Below are positions 49,885-59,718 of a stretch of 64,000 nucleotides of DNA, in pieces. The notes under the pieces were generated by a model that saw nothing but the letters and a program-made list of their open reading frames with translations, did no database searches and was not told where the DNA came from. Position 1 is the stretch's first letter, and each line of letters opens with the position of its first letter. Position numbers and translations under genes: made by a program. Source of the stretch: Candidatus Acidiferrum sp. (GTDB taxonomy: Bacteria > Acidobacteriota > Terriglobia > Acidiferrales > UBA7541); NCBI GenBank assembly GCA_036496505.1, contig DASXLA010000041.1, positions 964 to 64,963 of the forward strand. Direction: 5' to 3'.

Positions 49885-50514
49885 TTACTTTGTCTTAGCT
49901 TTCGTGCCGTCCGCCACGGGGCCGTAAGTCTCTAGCAATGCTTGAATCTCGTTCCCCGAGTCAACGTGCCCGTGCCTCTTGAGAACGAACGAAATTGCAA
50001 GCAAGACTATCGTTGTGACCGTAGTGGTCATCTCGTAGATTTCTTCCTCAGTGTAGTTGTTGGCAACCTCATGCTTAACGAAACGACGCCCTATTTGGTG
50101 CATCCCGCCATGAGTGTAGCTATTCAGATGCTTCCATGTCCGGGTCTTGAAGTCTTGGAAGAAGTCTCCCATGCCGTATGCTGTGTCTAGTGCCATCGCG
50201 ATTTCTCCAAACTCCAAGTCAATTTTGTCTTTCTCGTTAAATTTCTTGACTTCCTCGTCCGCCGCAGCGAGGTTAATCCAAAGCGCTCGGTATGCTCCCT
50301 CAACAACTGGTCTGACAAGCGCAGACGCGGAACCTACTTTTTCGTGCATGACCAGCAGCAAGACCGATTCCTGGTGCTCAACGAGCACCGAGATAAAACC
50401 AATGACGGTTACGGTGCGGTGGTCATCGGGAAATCCGTGCCTGCCAAGAATCGGCTTTGCGGACTGCATCGCCTTCTCACAGCGAATCAGATGCTCTTTG
50501 AGCTTGTTCGTCAT
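49885..50514 (-). CDS. Hypothetical helical protein (DUF5677/HEPN-like R..E...H pattern), cargo
   Basis: SALVRPVVE..R..W and LNSYTHGG motifs; AT-richer; the frame extends upstream to the ATG at 50610. Confidence 0.65.
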   Translation of the reverse strand: MTNKLKEHLIRCEKAMQSAKPILGRHGFPDDHRTVTVIGFISVLVEHQESVLLLVMHEKVGSASALVRPVVEGAYRALWINLAAADEEVKKFNEKDKIDLEFGEIAMALDTAYGMGDFFQDFKTRTWKHLNSYTHGGMHQIGRRFVKHEVANNYTEEEIYEMTTTVTTIVLLAISFVLKRHGHVDSGNEIQALLETYGPVADGTKAKTK

Positions 50515-50619
50515 ACCTGTCCTGGACCTCCGGCAGAGACGCCAAGTGATGTATATGATCCCCAAAAACGCAACGGCGATCACAACTGCCTTGAGCGTCA
50601 TGCCTTTCATATTTGGACC

Positions 50620-51007
50620 GCCGGGTGCCCCGGACTGATTGCCTCGAATTTACTTGAGATCGAAATTGGCGGAATTCTATGGCGCACATCGCGCGAGTAG
50701 AGTGGTTGGGTGCCCCAGGTTCCCGTGTTTGGTACCTGGGTCTTGGGGTGTGCTCTTCTTTCCGTAGGAGGCTCCCATGCCCTCTGGACTGAAACGCTAC
50801 TACGGCAAAGGGCCGGGTGCCCCGGACTGATTGCCTCGAATTTACTTGAGATCGAAATTGGCGGAATTCTATCACTGGCGCACATCGCGCGAGTAGAGTA
50901 GTTGGGTGCCCCAGGTTCCGGTGTTTGGTACCTGGGTCTTGGGGTGTGCTCTTCTTTCCATAAAAGGCTCCCATGCCCTCTGGACTGAAACGCTACTACG
51001 GCAAAGG
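50620..51007 (+). repeat. Tandem duplication (192 + 196 bp) containing a REP and the first ~35 nt of the RAYT gene
   Basis: 50620-50811 and 50812-51007 are near-identical, with a 4-nt indel. Confidence 0.9.
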
Positions 51008-51559
51008 GCATCTGCACTTCATCACTTTTAGTTGTCACCGACGCTTGCCGCTGCTGAAGACCGCGCGAGCGCGAGACATTTTTGTAAAGGAACTGGAAAA
51101 GGTTCGCGCCGCGATGGGTTTTCGCCTGCTCGGGTATGTGGTGATGCCGGAACACGTCCATCTCTTGATTGGCGAGCCACCGCAAGGAACGCCCTCGACG
51201 GTCCTGCAGAAATTAAACCTGCGTGTGGCACGCAAGCTGCGCAAAAGGAAGAGATGCATGGGTCTCGCACAGCTGCCCTTGCCATTCGAGGCGGCGAGCG
51301 AATCACCACGGGCCTTTTGGCAGGCGCGATTTTACGATTTCAATGTCTATACCCAGAAAAAGAAAATAGAGAAGCTAAATTATATGCATGCGAATCCGGT
51401 GGTTCGCAGCCTTGTCAATCATCCCAAGGACTGGTCATGGAGCAGCTGGGCCAGTTTCTATGCAAAAGATACGGCCCGGATTAGGATCGATGTGGAGGCT
51501 TAAAGAAAAAAACGTCAACCTCAAGACCCAGGTACCAAAAACCGGAACCTGGGGCACCC
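50904..51559. mobile_element. RAYT locus bounded by inverted 42-bp REPs
   Basis: 50904-50945 and 51518-51559 are reverse complements at 40/42 nt; internal hairpin CCCAGGT.CC-N7-GGTACCTGGG. Confidence 0.88.
50973..51503 (+). CDS. REP-associated tyrosine transposase (Y1 HUH, RAYT)
   Basis: HFITFSC, YVVMPEHVHLL (HUH), FWQ.RFYDF, YMHANPV and W.WSS motifs. Confidence 0.93.
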   Translation: MPSGLKRYYGKGHLHFITFSCHRRLPLLKTARARDIFVKELEKVRAAMGFRLLGYVVMPEHVHLLIGEPPQGTPSTVLQKLNLRVARKLRKRKRCMGLAQLPLPFEAASESPRAFWQARFYDFNVYTQKKKIEKLNYMHANPVVRSLVNHPKDWSWSSWASFYAKDTARIRIDVEA

Positions 51560-51641
51560 TCCGCGTTACTATCATTCGCGAGCCAGGGTAAGTTAACATT
51601 CGCCAAGGGTCTGTAGTCCACCCGCCACGGAGGTAAACACT

Positions 51642-52106
51642 ATGCGCAATGAACTCCGTATCGCCTGTCTCTGGTCGGCTGCTGTCTTTCTGTCCGTCTC
51701 CGCTTCTGGGCAGACGGTTCCCAGCACGACAGCTCGGGCAGTGCCGATCCTTCAGGGATCGTCACTGCCAATGTATCCGCCAATCGCTAAATTCTCCCAT
51801 GTGACCGGCAAGGTGGTCGTGAAAGTGACGGTCAAAGATGGGCTGTTGGTTCAAACCGAAGTGCTCTCCAAACCCGCCGTAGCATCCGGGGGCCGGTTGC
51901 TGGAGTCGTCGACGGTTGAAAACCTGAAGACGTGGCGCTTCGCCGCCGACGTGACCGGAGCGTTCACGGTGACCTACACGTATGAGATCTCCGGCACTGA
52001 GACCGACGAACCGACGAATGCCAAGGTCGAAATGCTGCCCTCTCTGGATGTGAAGATCACGGCCCGACCCGTAAAGCCGGCAGTCATGTACCAAAAGCAG
52101 AGCTAA
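51642..52106 (+). CDS. Secreted TonB C-terminal-like protein
   Basis: Signal peptide; P.YPP.A....TG.V.V.V...W.F pattern; GGAGG RBS. Confidence 0.72.
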   Translation: MRNELRIACLWSAAVFLSVSASGQTVPSTTARAVPILQGSSLPMYPPIAKFSHVTGKVVVKVTVKDGLLVQTEVLSKPAVASGGRLLESSTVENLKTWRFAADVTGAFTVTYTYEISGTETDEPTNAKVEMLPSLDVKITARPVKPAVMYQKQS

Positions 52107-52171
52107 GCAAGCGATCTTGCCCAGAGTGGACGTCTCCGCGAGTACAGTCCTGGAACTGTACCTTTTTGTCG

Positions 52172-52790
52172 TTGTAGTGAAGTTGCAGAACTAGTAAAAT
52201 ACCACATGATCGTCCCCCAACAACCCTTCCAGTGCCGCCGACCCGCCTTCAGACGCCGTTCGTTCGCCTCAACCCACCCCGCGACCACAGCGCTACCCTT
52301 AACCTGTCCCCATTTCAGCCCGCGAGCCCCTCATCATTTTCAGCGCCATCCGGCCTCTGTGCGTTCTCTTTTGGCACTTGCGTCTCTTTTGCACATTCCC
52401 GTCCTTTGTTTTCAACACCTTCTATCTACATTGCAAAAAAACGACATGCATGGTTCGCCAGCTCAATTTCAATATCCTCGAACCTCAATCTCGAACCTCG
52501 AGCCTCCGGTCTTCCTCTTTGCTCACTCTTCGAGTCTCTTACGCCTCTTTTGGGCCGTCGTGCTCTTTGTTTTCAACATCTTCTATCTACATTGCAAAAA
52601 AACGACATGCATGGTTCACCAGCTTAATTCCAATGTCCTCGATCCCTCAACTCTCGAGCCTCGAGCGTTCCTCTTTGGTCTCTTTTGCTCTCTTTGTACT
52701 CTTTTGCGCATTCCCGCTCTTTGTTTTCAACATCTTCTATCTACATTGCAAAAAGACGACACTGCATGGTTCGCCAACTTGAATGTCAAC
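52172..52790 (+). repeat. Dispersed promoter-bearing element, copy 2, with triplicated ~155-160 bp unit
   Basis: TTGTAG-N17-TAAAAT, ATG 5 nt later; core CTTTGTTTTCAACA(C/T)CTTCTATCTACATTGCAAAAA.ACGACA.TGCATGGTTC at about 52404, 52565 and 52719. Confidence 0.8.
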
Positions 52791-53020
52791 ACAGCAGAGG
52801 TACTGGCACCGTGAGAGAAACAAGACACCTATCGCGCAGCACCCCTCGGAGGTTCACGTGTCCGCGCAAGCCCGGTCCGCTCTCGTCTCAAGCTCGCCTC
52901 CCATCCACCGGCGACCCAAAGCTCCCCTCCTTCCTCTTTCGATTGCATCTAAGGTATGCTTCGGTCGCATCGCGCGACCTGCGCCAAAATGACGGAAAAA
53001 CGAGTGGATCAGAGCGACTC

Positions 53021-53830
53021 ATGACCAGCGGGCTGGCAATTTTGACCATTGGGTTTCTCCTGGGCATGCGGCATGCCACCGATCCGGACCATGTGATTGC
53101 CGTGTCCACCATCGTGAGCCGCGAGCGGTCCATCATGAAGGCCGCGCTGATCGGGGTTTTGTGGGGCTGTGGGCACACCGTAACTATCGTAGCCGTGGGC
53201 GCGGCGATTATTGTCTTCGGCCTGGCGATTCCGACGCGCGTGGGGCTGACGATGGAGTTTACCGTCGGGCTGATGCTGATTTTGCTGGGTGTGCTGAACC
53301 TGACCGGCGCCATGAAGTGGCTGACGCTGAAGTTTTCTCCGGCGCATCCCAAAATCACCGGGGAGCATGCCCATATTCACGAGCACAATTCGCAGGTGCA
53401 TCTTCACTGGCATTCGCATGGGCCGGCTGGGGAGCATCACGGCGCGAGCGTAGCGCCACCAGCGCGGCTCCGGGCGCCGTTTGCGCACCTCGGAGTGTTT
53501 CACACGCTGCGGCCGCTCTTCGTAGGACTGGTGCACGGACTGGCGGGTTCGGCGGCGGTGGCGCTGCTGGTGCTCAGCACCATTCGCGAACCGAAGTGGG
53601 CGGTGCTGTATCTGCTGGTCTTTGGCGTAGGCACGATTGCGGGGATGATGCTGATCACCGCAGCCATTGCACTGCCGTTTTCGTTTGCGGGTTACAAATT
53701 TGCCTGGCTGAACCGCGGGTTGATTACCGCGTCGGGGCTGGTGAGTCTGGCGTTTGGGTTGTTCATCTGCTACCACATCGGCCTGGTGGACGGGCTGTTC
53801 ACCGGCCATCCCCAGTGGATTCCGAGCTAG
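53021..53830 (+). CDS. High-affinity nickel/cobalt transporter (NiCoT/HoxN/UreH family)
   Basis: GMRHATDPDH, GHT, His-rich loop and VHGLAGS motifs. Confidence 0.9.
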   Translation: MTSGLAILTIGFLLGMRHATDPDHVIAVSTIVSRERSIMKAALIGVLWGCGHTVTIVAVGAAIIVFGLAIPTRVGLTMEFTVGLMLILLGVLNLTGAMKWLTLKFSPAHPKITGEHAHIHEHNSQVHLHWHSHGPAGEHHGASVAPPARLRAPFAHLGVFHTLRPLFVGLVHGLAGSAAVALLVLSTIREPKWAVLYLLVFGVGTIAGMMLITAAIALPFSFAGYKFAWLNRGLITASGLVSLAFGLFICYHIGLVDGLFTGHPQWIPS

Positions 53831-53848
53831 GAGTTTTTGGTGTGTGGC

Positions 53849-54196
53849 TTACGGATGTCCGTTGAGGGCTTCTTCGACGGTGGGGTACGTGGGGATGAGT
53901 TTGAGGAGCCCGGAGACTTGCAGGACAGCGATGCTTTGCTTGGCTAGCGCGGCGAGGACCATGGTTTTGCCGGCATTTTTGCGGCTGACGAAAATAGACA
54001 CGAGCGCTCCCACGCCGGCGGAGTCGAGGAACGAAACACCGCTCAGGTCCAGAACGAGGTGGCTGGCGGGCTCCTGCCGCAGCGTCTGGATGAAGGAGTT
54101 TACGGTCTCCAGGCTGAGTTTACCGTTGAGGCGAATCACCGCGTCGCCGTTTTTGGCGCTTGGCATCTGCTGCAGGTCGAGTTTCATCGTGTTCAT
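53849..54196 (-). CDS. STAS-domain anti-sigma-factor antagonist
   Basis: LDLSGVSFLDSAGVG motif. Confidence 0.92.
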   Translation of the reverse strand: MNTMKLDLQQMPSAKNGDAVIRLNGKLSLETVNSFIQTLRQEPASHLVLDLSGVSFLDSAGVGALVSIFVSRKNAGKTMVLAALAKQSIAVLQVSGLLKLIPTYPTVEEALNGHP

Positions 54197-54452
54197 AAGT
54201 GGAAAAGGTTAGCGCAGAAGGCGACGGAGCAATATTAAAATTCTGTGACAGGCCCTGGGTAGTCTAAGCGCACTTGGGAGTAGGCGCGGGGCTAGCCGCA
54301 CGAATCGGGAAATGGGTGGATCGCGAACGCTGCGGCGGCAGCACTACGGCACCGAAATTGGCGCGGGTTCGCCAAGTGCCGGCCAGCCCGGCCAGCTTGG
54401 CCGGTTTATACTTACTAGTAATATATCGTTGACGTAATCAGAAAACGCGCCT

Positions 54453-57398
54453 ATGGTATCTGCGGCCCTGCGAAACAGGGCGCCGCGAACTCGCGGTCTA
54501 CGAGCGCAGATGGCTACCCAGCCCAATAGTTATTTCCGGAGAAGCTGTCCGCCTCGGCGTGCCTGCGGACGCTGGCGTTTGCATACGAAGGGCAGCCGGA
54601 AGTTTGCGGCTGCCCTTTCAGGCAACGGGCTCTTCCCTGCCGCGGCGTGGTTCGCGGCGACGTGGTTTGCGGCGACGTGGTTTGCGGCGGCGTTGTTTGC
54701 GGCCTCGATTTTTTCGGCGCCGGCCGCACACGCGCAACTGCAGCAGCCGTTTGTATACACCACCGGCGGTGCCATCGCCACGCGCAGCGCTGCGGGGGTG
54801 CTGGCAGCGACAGCGGATTCTCCACTGGCGATTCTCGGGTACCCGGCGGTGCTGGATGCCAAGGGGCGATTTCTGTTTGCGGGCGGCAACGACAGCGTGC
54901 ATATGTATCGCGTGGATGCCGTCACAGGCGATTACGCGGAAGTGGCGGGCTCGCCCTTCGCTTCGACGAAGACCAACGGGCCGATCCTTCTGGCTACCGA
55001 GCCGACGGGCGCGTACCTGGCGGTGGTGAACGGCACGGGAATCAGTGCCGGGGAAAGCAGCGTGGAATCGTTCGCAATCGATGCGGCGGGAGAGACGTTG
55101 ATCCCGGTGAGCGGATCGTTCGTGGAACTGGTTTCAAGCCCTGTCGGAGCGGCGGCGAATCCAGCGCTGGGAACGTTTTTCGTATACCTGGGACCAAATC
55201 CTTCGAACCCCGCCTACCAGCAGGATGGCGAACTGCTGGCTTACACGATTGATCCCCAAACCGGGCTGCTGGGCGACGAAACGGGGGCGACCGGATCGAC
55301 GGATCATGGGAGATCGTTCGGGGCCGATCCGCTGGGGCGCTTTGTAGTCACTGGGAAGGGGCAACTGAACGGAATTTTGCAAGTGACGGCGGCGGGAGGC
55401 GAGCAAGGGGTTTTGAGCCTGGGGTCAGGCGTGGAGCCGGAAGAGATTTTTGTCGCGCCCGGCCAGCACTTTGTGTATGCGACGCTTTTTTCCGGACCGG
55501 GCAGCATGGTGCACATATACATTGTGGACACCACCACGTGGACGCTGACGGAGGCGCCGAGTTCGCCGCTGCCGGGATTTACATCGGTAAGCGGATTTGT
55601 GGCCGATCCGATCGGCCCATTCGTTTATCAAAGCACGGCGACAAACCAGGTGCGGGTGTACGCGGTGGACCTGGCAACCGGGTACTTAACGGAAGTGGCG
55701 GGCTCGCCGTTTACCGGGCCGGGATTCGGGTTGCCGATTGCGTTCAGCATCGTGCCGGGGAGCCCCATTCAACCGGTGGTAGGCCCGGTGGCCACGCTGA
55801 CGCCGACGAATTTAGTTCTGGGCAGCAGCGCAGTGGGAATGGCGGCGACGGCGCAAACGGTAACGCTTACGAGCACTGGGAACCAAGCGCTGAGCGTGAA
55901 CGGCATCTTCGTGGGCGGAGCAAACGCGGCGGAGTTCAGCGAGACGGACAATTGCGGGGCACCGACGGTGCTGACGCCTTCGAATGCGTGCTTCATCTCG
56001 GTGGTGTTCACGCCGGCGGGGTCCGGGCCGCGCGCCGCTCAACTGATGGTGGAGGACAACGCGCCCGGCAGCCCGCAATTCATTACCCTGACGGGCACGG
56101 GAACCGGCACACCGCCGGCGGCGCCAGCGATCACGCTAAGTCCGGGCACCGTCAATTTTCCGAACGTGGCGCTGGGAGCCAGCAGTTCCCCGCTGAGCGT
56201 GACGGTGACCAATTCCGGAAATGCGCCGCTGAATATTTCGGCGATTACGCTGGGCGGAAATAATCCCGCAGATTTCAGCGCGCCGGCGGGAAATTGCACC
56301 GGGGCGGCGATTGCGCCCAGCGCGACGTGCATGATGACAGAAACGTTTACGCCGGCGGCGACGGGCGTTCGGCAAGCCACGCTGGCTTTCACGGATACCG
56401 CGGCCGGAAGCCCACATTTTGTGACGCTGACGGGCACGGCCACGGCGGCGCCGCCGACGGGAGGGCCCACGGCAAAAATCACGCCTACCTCCGTGAATTT
56501 TCCGGTGACGACGCAAGGATTGGCGAGCGTGCCGATCACGGTGACCATCACGAACAGTGGGAACGCGGCGCTGCACGTTTCGAATATAGCGGCGGGTGGA
56601 AGCAGCCCGGCTGATTTCACCAATTCTTTCACGACGTGCAGCTCGGCGACCATCGCGGCGGGAGCGAACTGCACATTCAACGTGGCGTTTTCGCCGATTT
56701 TTTCCGGGCCGCGCAGCGAAATTGTTTCTGTCACGGACGACGCTGCAAATTCGCCGCAGACATTTAATGTGTCCGGGAATGCTCCTCCGGCTTTTGCGGT
56801 GACGACCGCGGCGGCGGGGTTGACGGCGACGGTGAGCGCGGGACAGACGGCGAGCTATAGCGTGCAACTGACGCCGGGCACGGATTTCAACGGGAACGTG
56901 GCGCTGACGTGCGGCGGAGCACCACTGGGAGCGACGTGCCAGGCGCCGGCGACGGTGGTGCTGAATACCAACGCGGTCGCGATGTTTACGGTGACGGTTC
57001 CAACCAGCGGGAAGGCGACGATTTTCCCCGAGACCGACGTGCAGAGATGGCCGCGCATATGGGCGTTGCGAAACACCCCGGCGTTGGTGCTTCCTTTGAT
57101 ACTTGGAGTTTTCATTTTGGCGATTTATCGCGGCGCGGCGCGGCCGCCGGTACATCGCGATTCGACCGGGTGGCACTGGAGAGGCGTTTTTGCGATATGC
57201 GTGCCAGTGGTTTTGGCTGTTCTGCTGTTGGCGTTGAATGGATGCGTCGGCTCGACGAGTCCCGTGTCCATGCCGCAGGGAAATTCACTGGTGACGCCGA
57301 GCGGAACTTCCATCATTGTGCTGACGCCCGCGACCACGAACGCCGCAGGCAAAACGCTGCAACTTTCGCCAATACAGCTCACGCTGGTGGTGAATTAG
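54453..57398 (+). CDS. Surface protein: lactonase-like beta-propeller plus three ASPM/choice-of-anchor-D Ig domains and C-terminal TM
   Basis: Repeated EVAGSPF blades; TN.G.A.L.I..I..G....F....C...C...F.P repeats; start uncertain. Confidence 0.82.
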   Translation: MVSAALRNRAPRTRGLRAQMATQPNSYFRRSCPPRRACGRWRLHTKGSRKFAAALSGNGLFPAAAWFAATWFAATWFAAALFAASIFSAPAAHAQLQQPFVYTTGGAIATRSAAGVLAATADSPLAILGYPAVLDAKGRFLFAGGNDSVHMYRVDAVTGDYAEVAGSPFASTKTNGPILLATEPTGAYLAVVNGTGISAGESSVESFAIDAAGETLIPVSGSFVELVSSPVGAAANPALGTFFVYLGPNPSNPAYQQDGELLAYTIDPQTGLLGDETGATGSTDHGRSFGADPLGRFVVTGKGQLNGILQVTAAGGEQGVLSLGSGVEPEEIFVAPGQHFVYATLFSGPGSMVHIYIVDTTTWTLTEAPSSPLPGFTSVSGFVADPIGPFVYQSTATNQVRVYAVDLATGYLTEVAGSPFTGPGFGLPIAFSIVPGSPIQPVVGPVATLTPTNLVLGSSAVGMAATAQTVTLTSTGNQALSVNGIFVGGANAAEFSETDNCGAPTVLTPSNACFISVVFTPAGSGPRAAQLMVEDNAPGSPQFITLTGTGTGTPPAAPAITLSPGTVNFPNVALGASSSPLSVTVTNSGNAPLNISAITLGGNNPADFSAPAGNCTGAAIAPSATCMMTETFTPAATGVRQATLAFTDTAAGSPHFVTLTGTATAAPPTGGPTAKITPTSVNFPVTTQGLASVPITVTITNSGNAALHVSNIAAGGSSPADFTNSFTTCSSATIAAGANCTFNVAFSPIFSGPRSEIVSVTDDAANSPQTFNVSGNAPPAFAVTTAAAGLTATVSAGQTASYSVQLTPGTDFNGNVALTCGGAPLGATCQAPATVVLNTNAVAMFTVTVPTSGKATIFPETDVQRWPRIWALRNTPALVLPLILGVFILAIYRGAARPPVHRDSTGWHWRGVFAICVPVVLAVLLLALNGCVGSTSPVSMPQGNSLVTPSGTSIIVLTPATTNAAGKTLQLSPIQLTLVVN

Positions 57399-57494
57399 TC
57401 GAGGCGATCAGTCCACGCGAAGGACCGAGACTTTCCATCTCGGATTTATTCTGGCGTTGTGGATTAATCCGCCGCGAATTTATTTTTCGCGATG

Positions 57495-58718
57495 CTATTT
57501 GGTTGTGGAAATTCGGTATACGGTGCCGGCGACGTCATCGGAAACGAGCAAGGAGCCGTCGGTCAGAACGGCTACGCCCACGGGCCGTCCATACACTTCG
57601 CTCTTTTGAGGATCGGGCACCAGGCCGGTAAGAAACGGCACAGGCTCGGCGCTCGGTTTCCCGCCCTTGAACGCGACAAAGACCACCTGATAGCCGGCGC
57701 GGGGCGAGCGGTTCCAGGAACCGTGTTCGGCGATGAAAGCGCCTCCTCGATAGTTTTCCGGAAATTGCTTACCGGTATAAAACGCAAATTGCAAGGGAGC
57801 GCGGTGAGCACCGAGGAGCACGTCGGGAACGATGGCCTTGGCGACGAGATCGGGCTTTTGTGGGTGCACACGCGGGTCAATATTCTTTCCAATATAGCTG
57901 TAGGGCCAGCCGTAAAATCCACCGTCTTTCACGGAAGTAAAATAATCGGGTGGTAGATCGTTGCCGAGGTTGTCGCGCTCGTTGACGCTGATCCAGAGCG
58001 ACCTGGAGGCCGGATCGATGCCCACGCCGGTGGGATTGCGAATGCCGGTGGCGTACAAACGAGCGTTTTTGCCGTCGAGATCGCAGATGGTGACGGCGCC
58101 GCGGCGCGAATCGGTTTCGATGTCGATATTCGAACTGGAGCCGATGCCCAGGAAGAGATGGTTGCCATCAGGAGCCAGAGCCAGCGAGCGGGTCCAATGG
58201 CCTCCGGCCGGCAAATCCATCAGATGCTCGGCTTCGCCGGTGCGCTTGGAGGTTTTCGCGTCGTATTTGAAACGCAATAATGCGTTGGTGTCGGCGACGT
58301 AAACGTAGTCGTCGTGAAAGACAATGCCGTAGGGCTGATCCAGACCACTGACAAAGACTTCGTTCTGCTGTGCGCTGCCGGTGTGCTGCGTGTCGCGCAA
58401 GATGATGACGCGGCCCGCGCCGGAGTCCGCAAGAAAGACATCGCCATCGGGCGCCACGGCCAGCCATCGAGGCTCCTTGAAATCGGCGGCGAAAATATTG
58501 ACTTTGAATCCTTGCGGGACGGTGGGCAGAAATCCTCGCGGGGGCTTGGCCTCTTCGGCGCCGTTGTTCGCCGACTTACTGGCAAAAGGAGCGGGCAGTT
58601 TGGGCTCTTTTCCGTCGGTGAGCTGGGCGCGCGCTGCCGGGAGCGTCAAGGCTGCGAAAAGGAAAGCGGCGATGCATAGAAGAGAGCGTTGTGCATTCCA
58701 AGGCGAGCGGCGTTGCAT
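57495..58718 (-). CDS. Glucose/sorbosone dehydrogenase (PQQ-type beta-propeller), exported
   Basis: GIRNP, NERD.LG..PPD, YGWPY, HGSWN and GRPVG motifs. Confidence 0.9.
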   Translation of the reverse strand: MQRRSPWNAQRSLLCIAAFLFAALTLPAARAQLTDGKEPKLPAPFASKSANNGAEEAKPPRGFLPTVPQGFKVNIFAADFKEPRWLAVAPDGDVFLADSGAGRVIILRDTQHTGSAQQNEVFVSGLDQPYGIVFHDDYVYVADTNALLRFKYDAKTSKRTGEAEHLMDLPAGGHWTRSLALAPDGNHLFLGIGSSSNIDIETDSRRGAVTICDLDGKNARLYATGIRNPTGVGIDPASRSLWISVNERDNLGNDLPPDYFTSVKDGGFYGWPYSYIGKNIDPRVHPQKPDLVAKAIVPDVLLGAHRAPLQFAFYTGKQFPENYRGGAFIAEHGSWNRSPRAGYQVVFVAFKGGKPSAEPVPFLTGLVPDPQKSEVYGRPVGVAVLTDGSLLVSDDVAGTVYRISTTK

Positions 58719-58996
58719 AGATGGCGTCTCCTAATGGCGTGTCTCTTAGTGGTGTATCGATTTGATGCCCATGATGGCCATAAGGTTTTGGTTGCGCGCC
58801 ACCTTTACCGCATCGATTGATGTTGGTTGGTCAACATGGGCCGAGAATTTCGTGGTTCTCATGAGGTGGACATGGAGGGCTGTACAGAACAAGCGGATTT
58901 GAGTGGCGCACCGGTCACATGGTTTGCCTTTATTGGCGGGCGGCGCATCCAATCAGGAAGGCGTATCGTAAGTATCAAAGAAGAAGGTTTCCCATC

Positions 58997-59695
58997 ATGA
59001 AAAGCCCGTACATTGGAAAGTCCCTAGCACTGGCAGTTATCGTGGCGTTTTTCGCGTGGACGGCGGTGCGCAGCCTGGGCGCGCGCCCGGCTGAAACACC
59101 GAATGCGGCGCTATTTCCCAAGCCCGCAGTGGACGAGGCGCTGGCGAGTTCCTCGAAACCCGAGACGGCTGTGTTTGCGGGCGGTTGTTTCTGGGGTGTG
59201 CAAGCGGTGTTCGAACACGTGAAGGGCGTGCAAACGGCGACCTCAGGTTATTCGGGCGGGCACGTGAAGTCGCCGGGGTACGAATTGGTGAGCACGGGCG
59301 TCACCGGGCACGCGGAATCGGTGCAAGTTAGTTGGGACCCTTCGAAAATTACTTACGGGCAATTGTTGATGGTGTATTTTTCAGTGGCGCACGATCCGAC
59401 GCAACTGAACCGGCAGGGCCCGGACAGCGGGACGCAATACCGTTCGTCGATTTTCTACGCGAACGAGGAACAGAAGCGCATTGCCGAAGCGTACCTCGCA
59501 CAACTGACCGCCGCGGGAGTTTATTCGCGGTCCATCGTGACGAAAGTAGTTCCGCTCGAGGCTTTTTACGAGGCGGAGGGCTATCACCAGGATTACCTGA
59601 AGAAAAATCCGGACAATCCGTACATCGTGTACAACGATCTGCCAAAACTTGCGCGGCTGCAGAAAGAATTCCCGGCACTGTACCGCGGGGATTGA
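58997..59695 (+). CDS. msrA: Peptide-methionine (S)-S-oxide reductase, exported
   Basis: AGGCFWG, TGHAE, RQGPD.GTQYRS and AE.YHQ motifs; signal peptide. Confidence 0.95.
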   Translation: MKSPYIGKSLALAVIVAFFAWTAVRSLGARPAETPNAALFPKPAVDEALASSSKPETAVFAGGCFWGVQAVFEHVKGVQTATSGYSGGHVKSPGYELVSTGVTGHAESVQVSWDPSKITYGQLLMVYFSVAHDPTQLNRQGPDSGTQYRSSIFYANEEQKRIAEAYLAQLTAAGVYSRSIVTKVVPLEAFYEAEGYHQDYLKKNPDNPYIVYNDLPKLARLQKEFPALYRGD

Positions 59696-59718
59696 AATTT
59701 CAGAGCGTCGCCCGGGCG

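Noticed and set aside
49571-51007. CRISPR array or classical IS with terminal inverted repeats
   Set aside because: The spacers are copies of one another and the enzyme is a Y1 HUH RAYT, not a DDE transposase; no target-site duplication was seen.
52340-52790. CRISPR array
   Set aside because: The repeats are about 55 nt with about 100-nt linkers that are homologous to each other, and no cas genes are present.
52791-53020. Cobalamin or NiCo riboswitch before the NiCoT gene
   Set aside because: No B12-box or recognisable conserved junction was seen.
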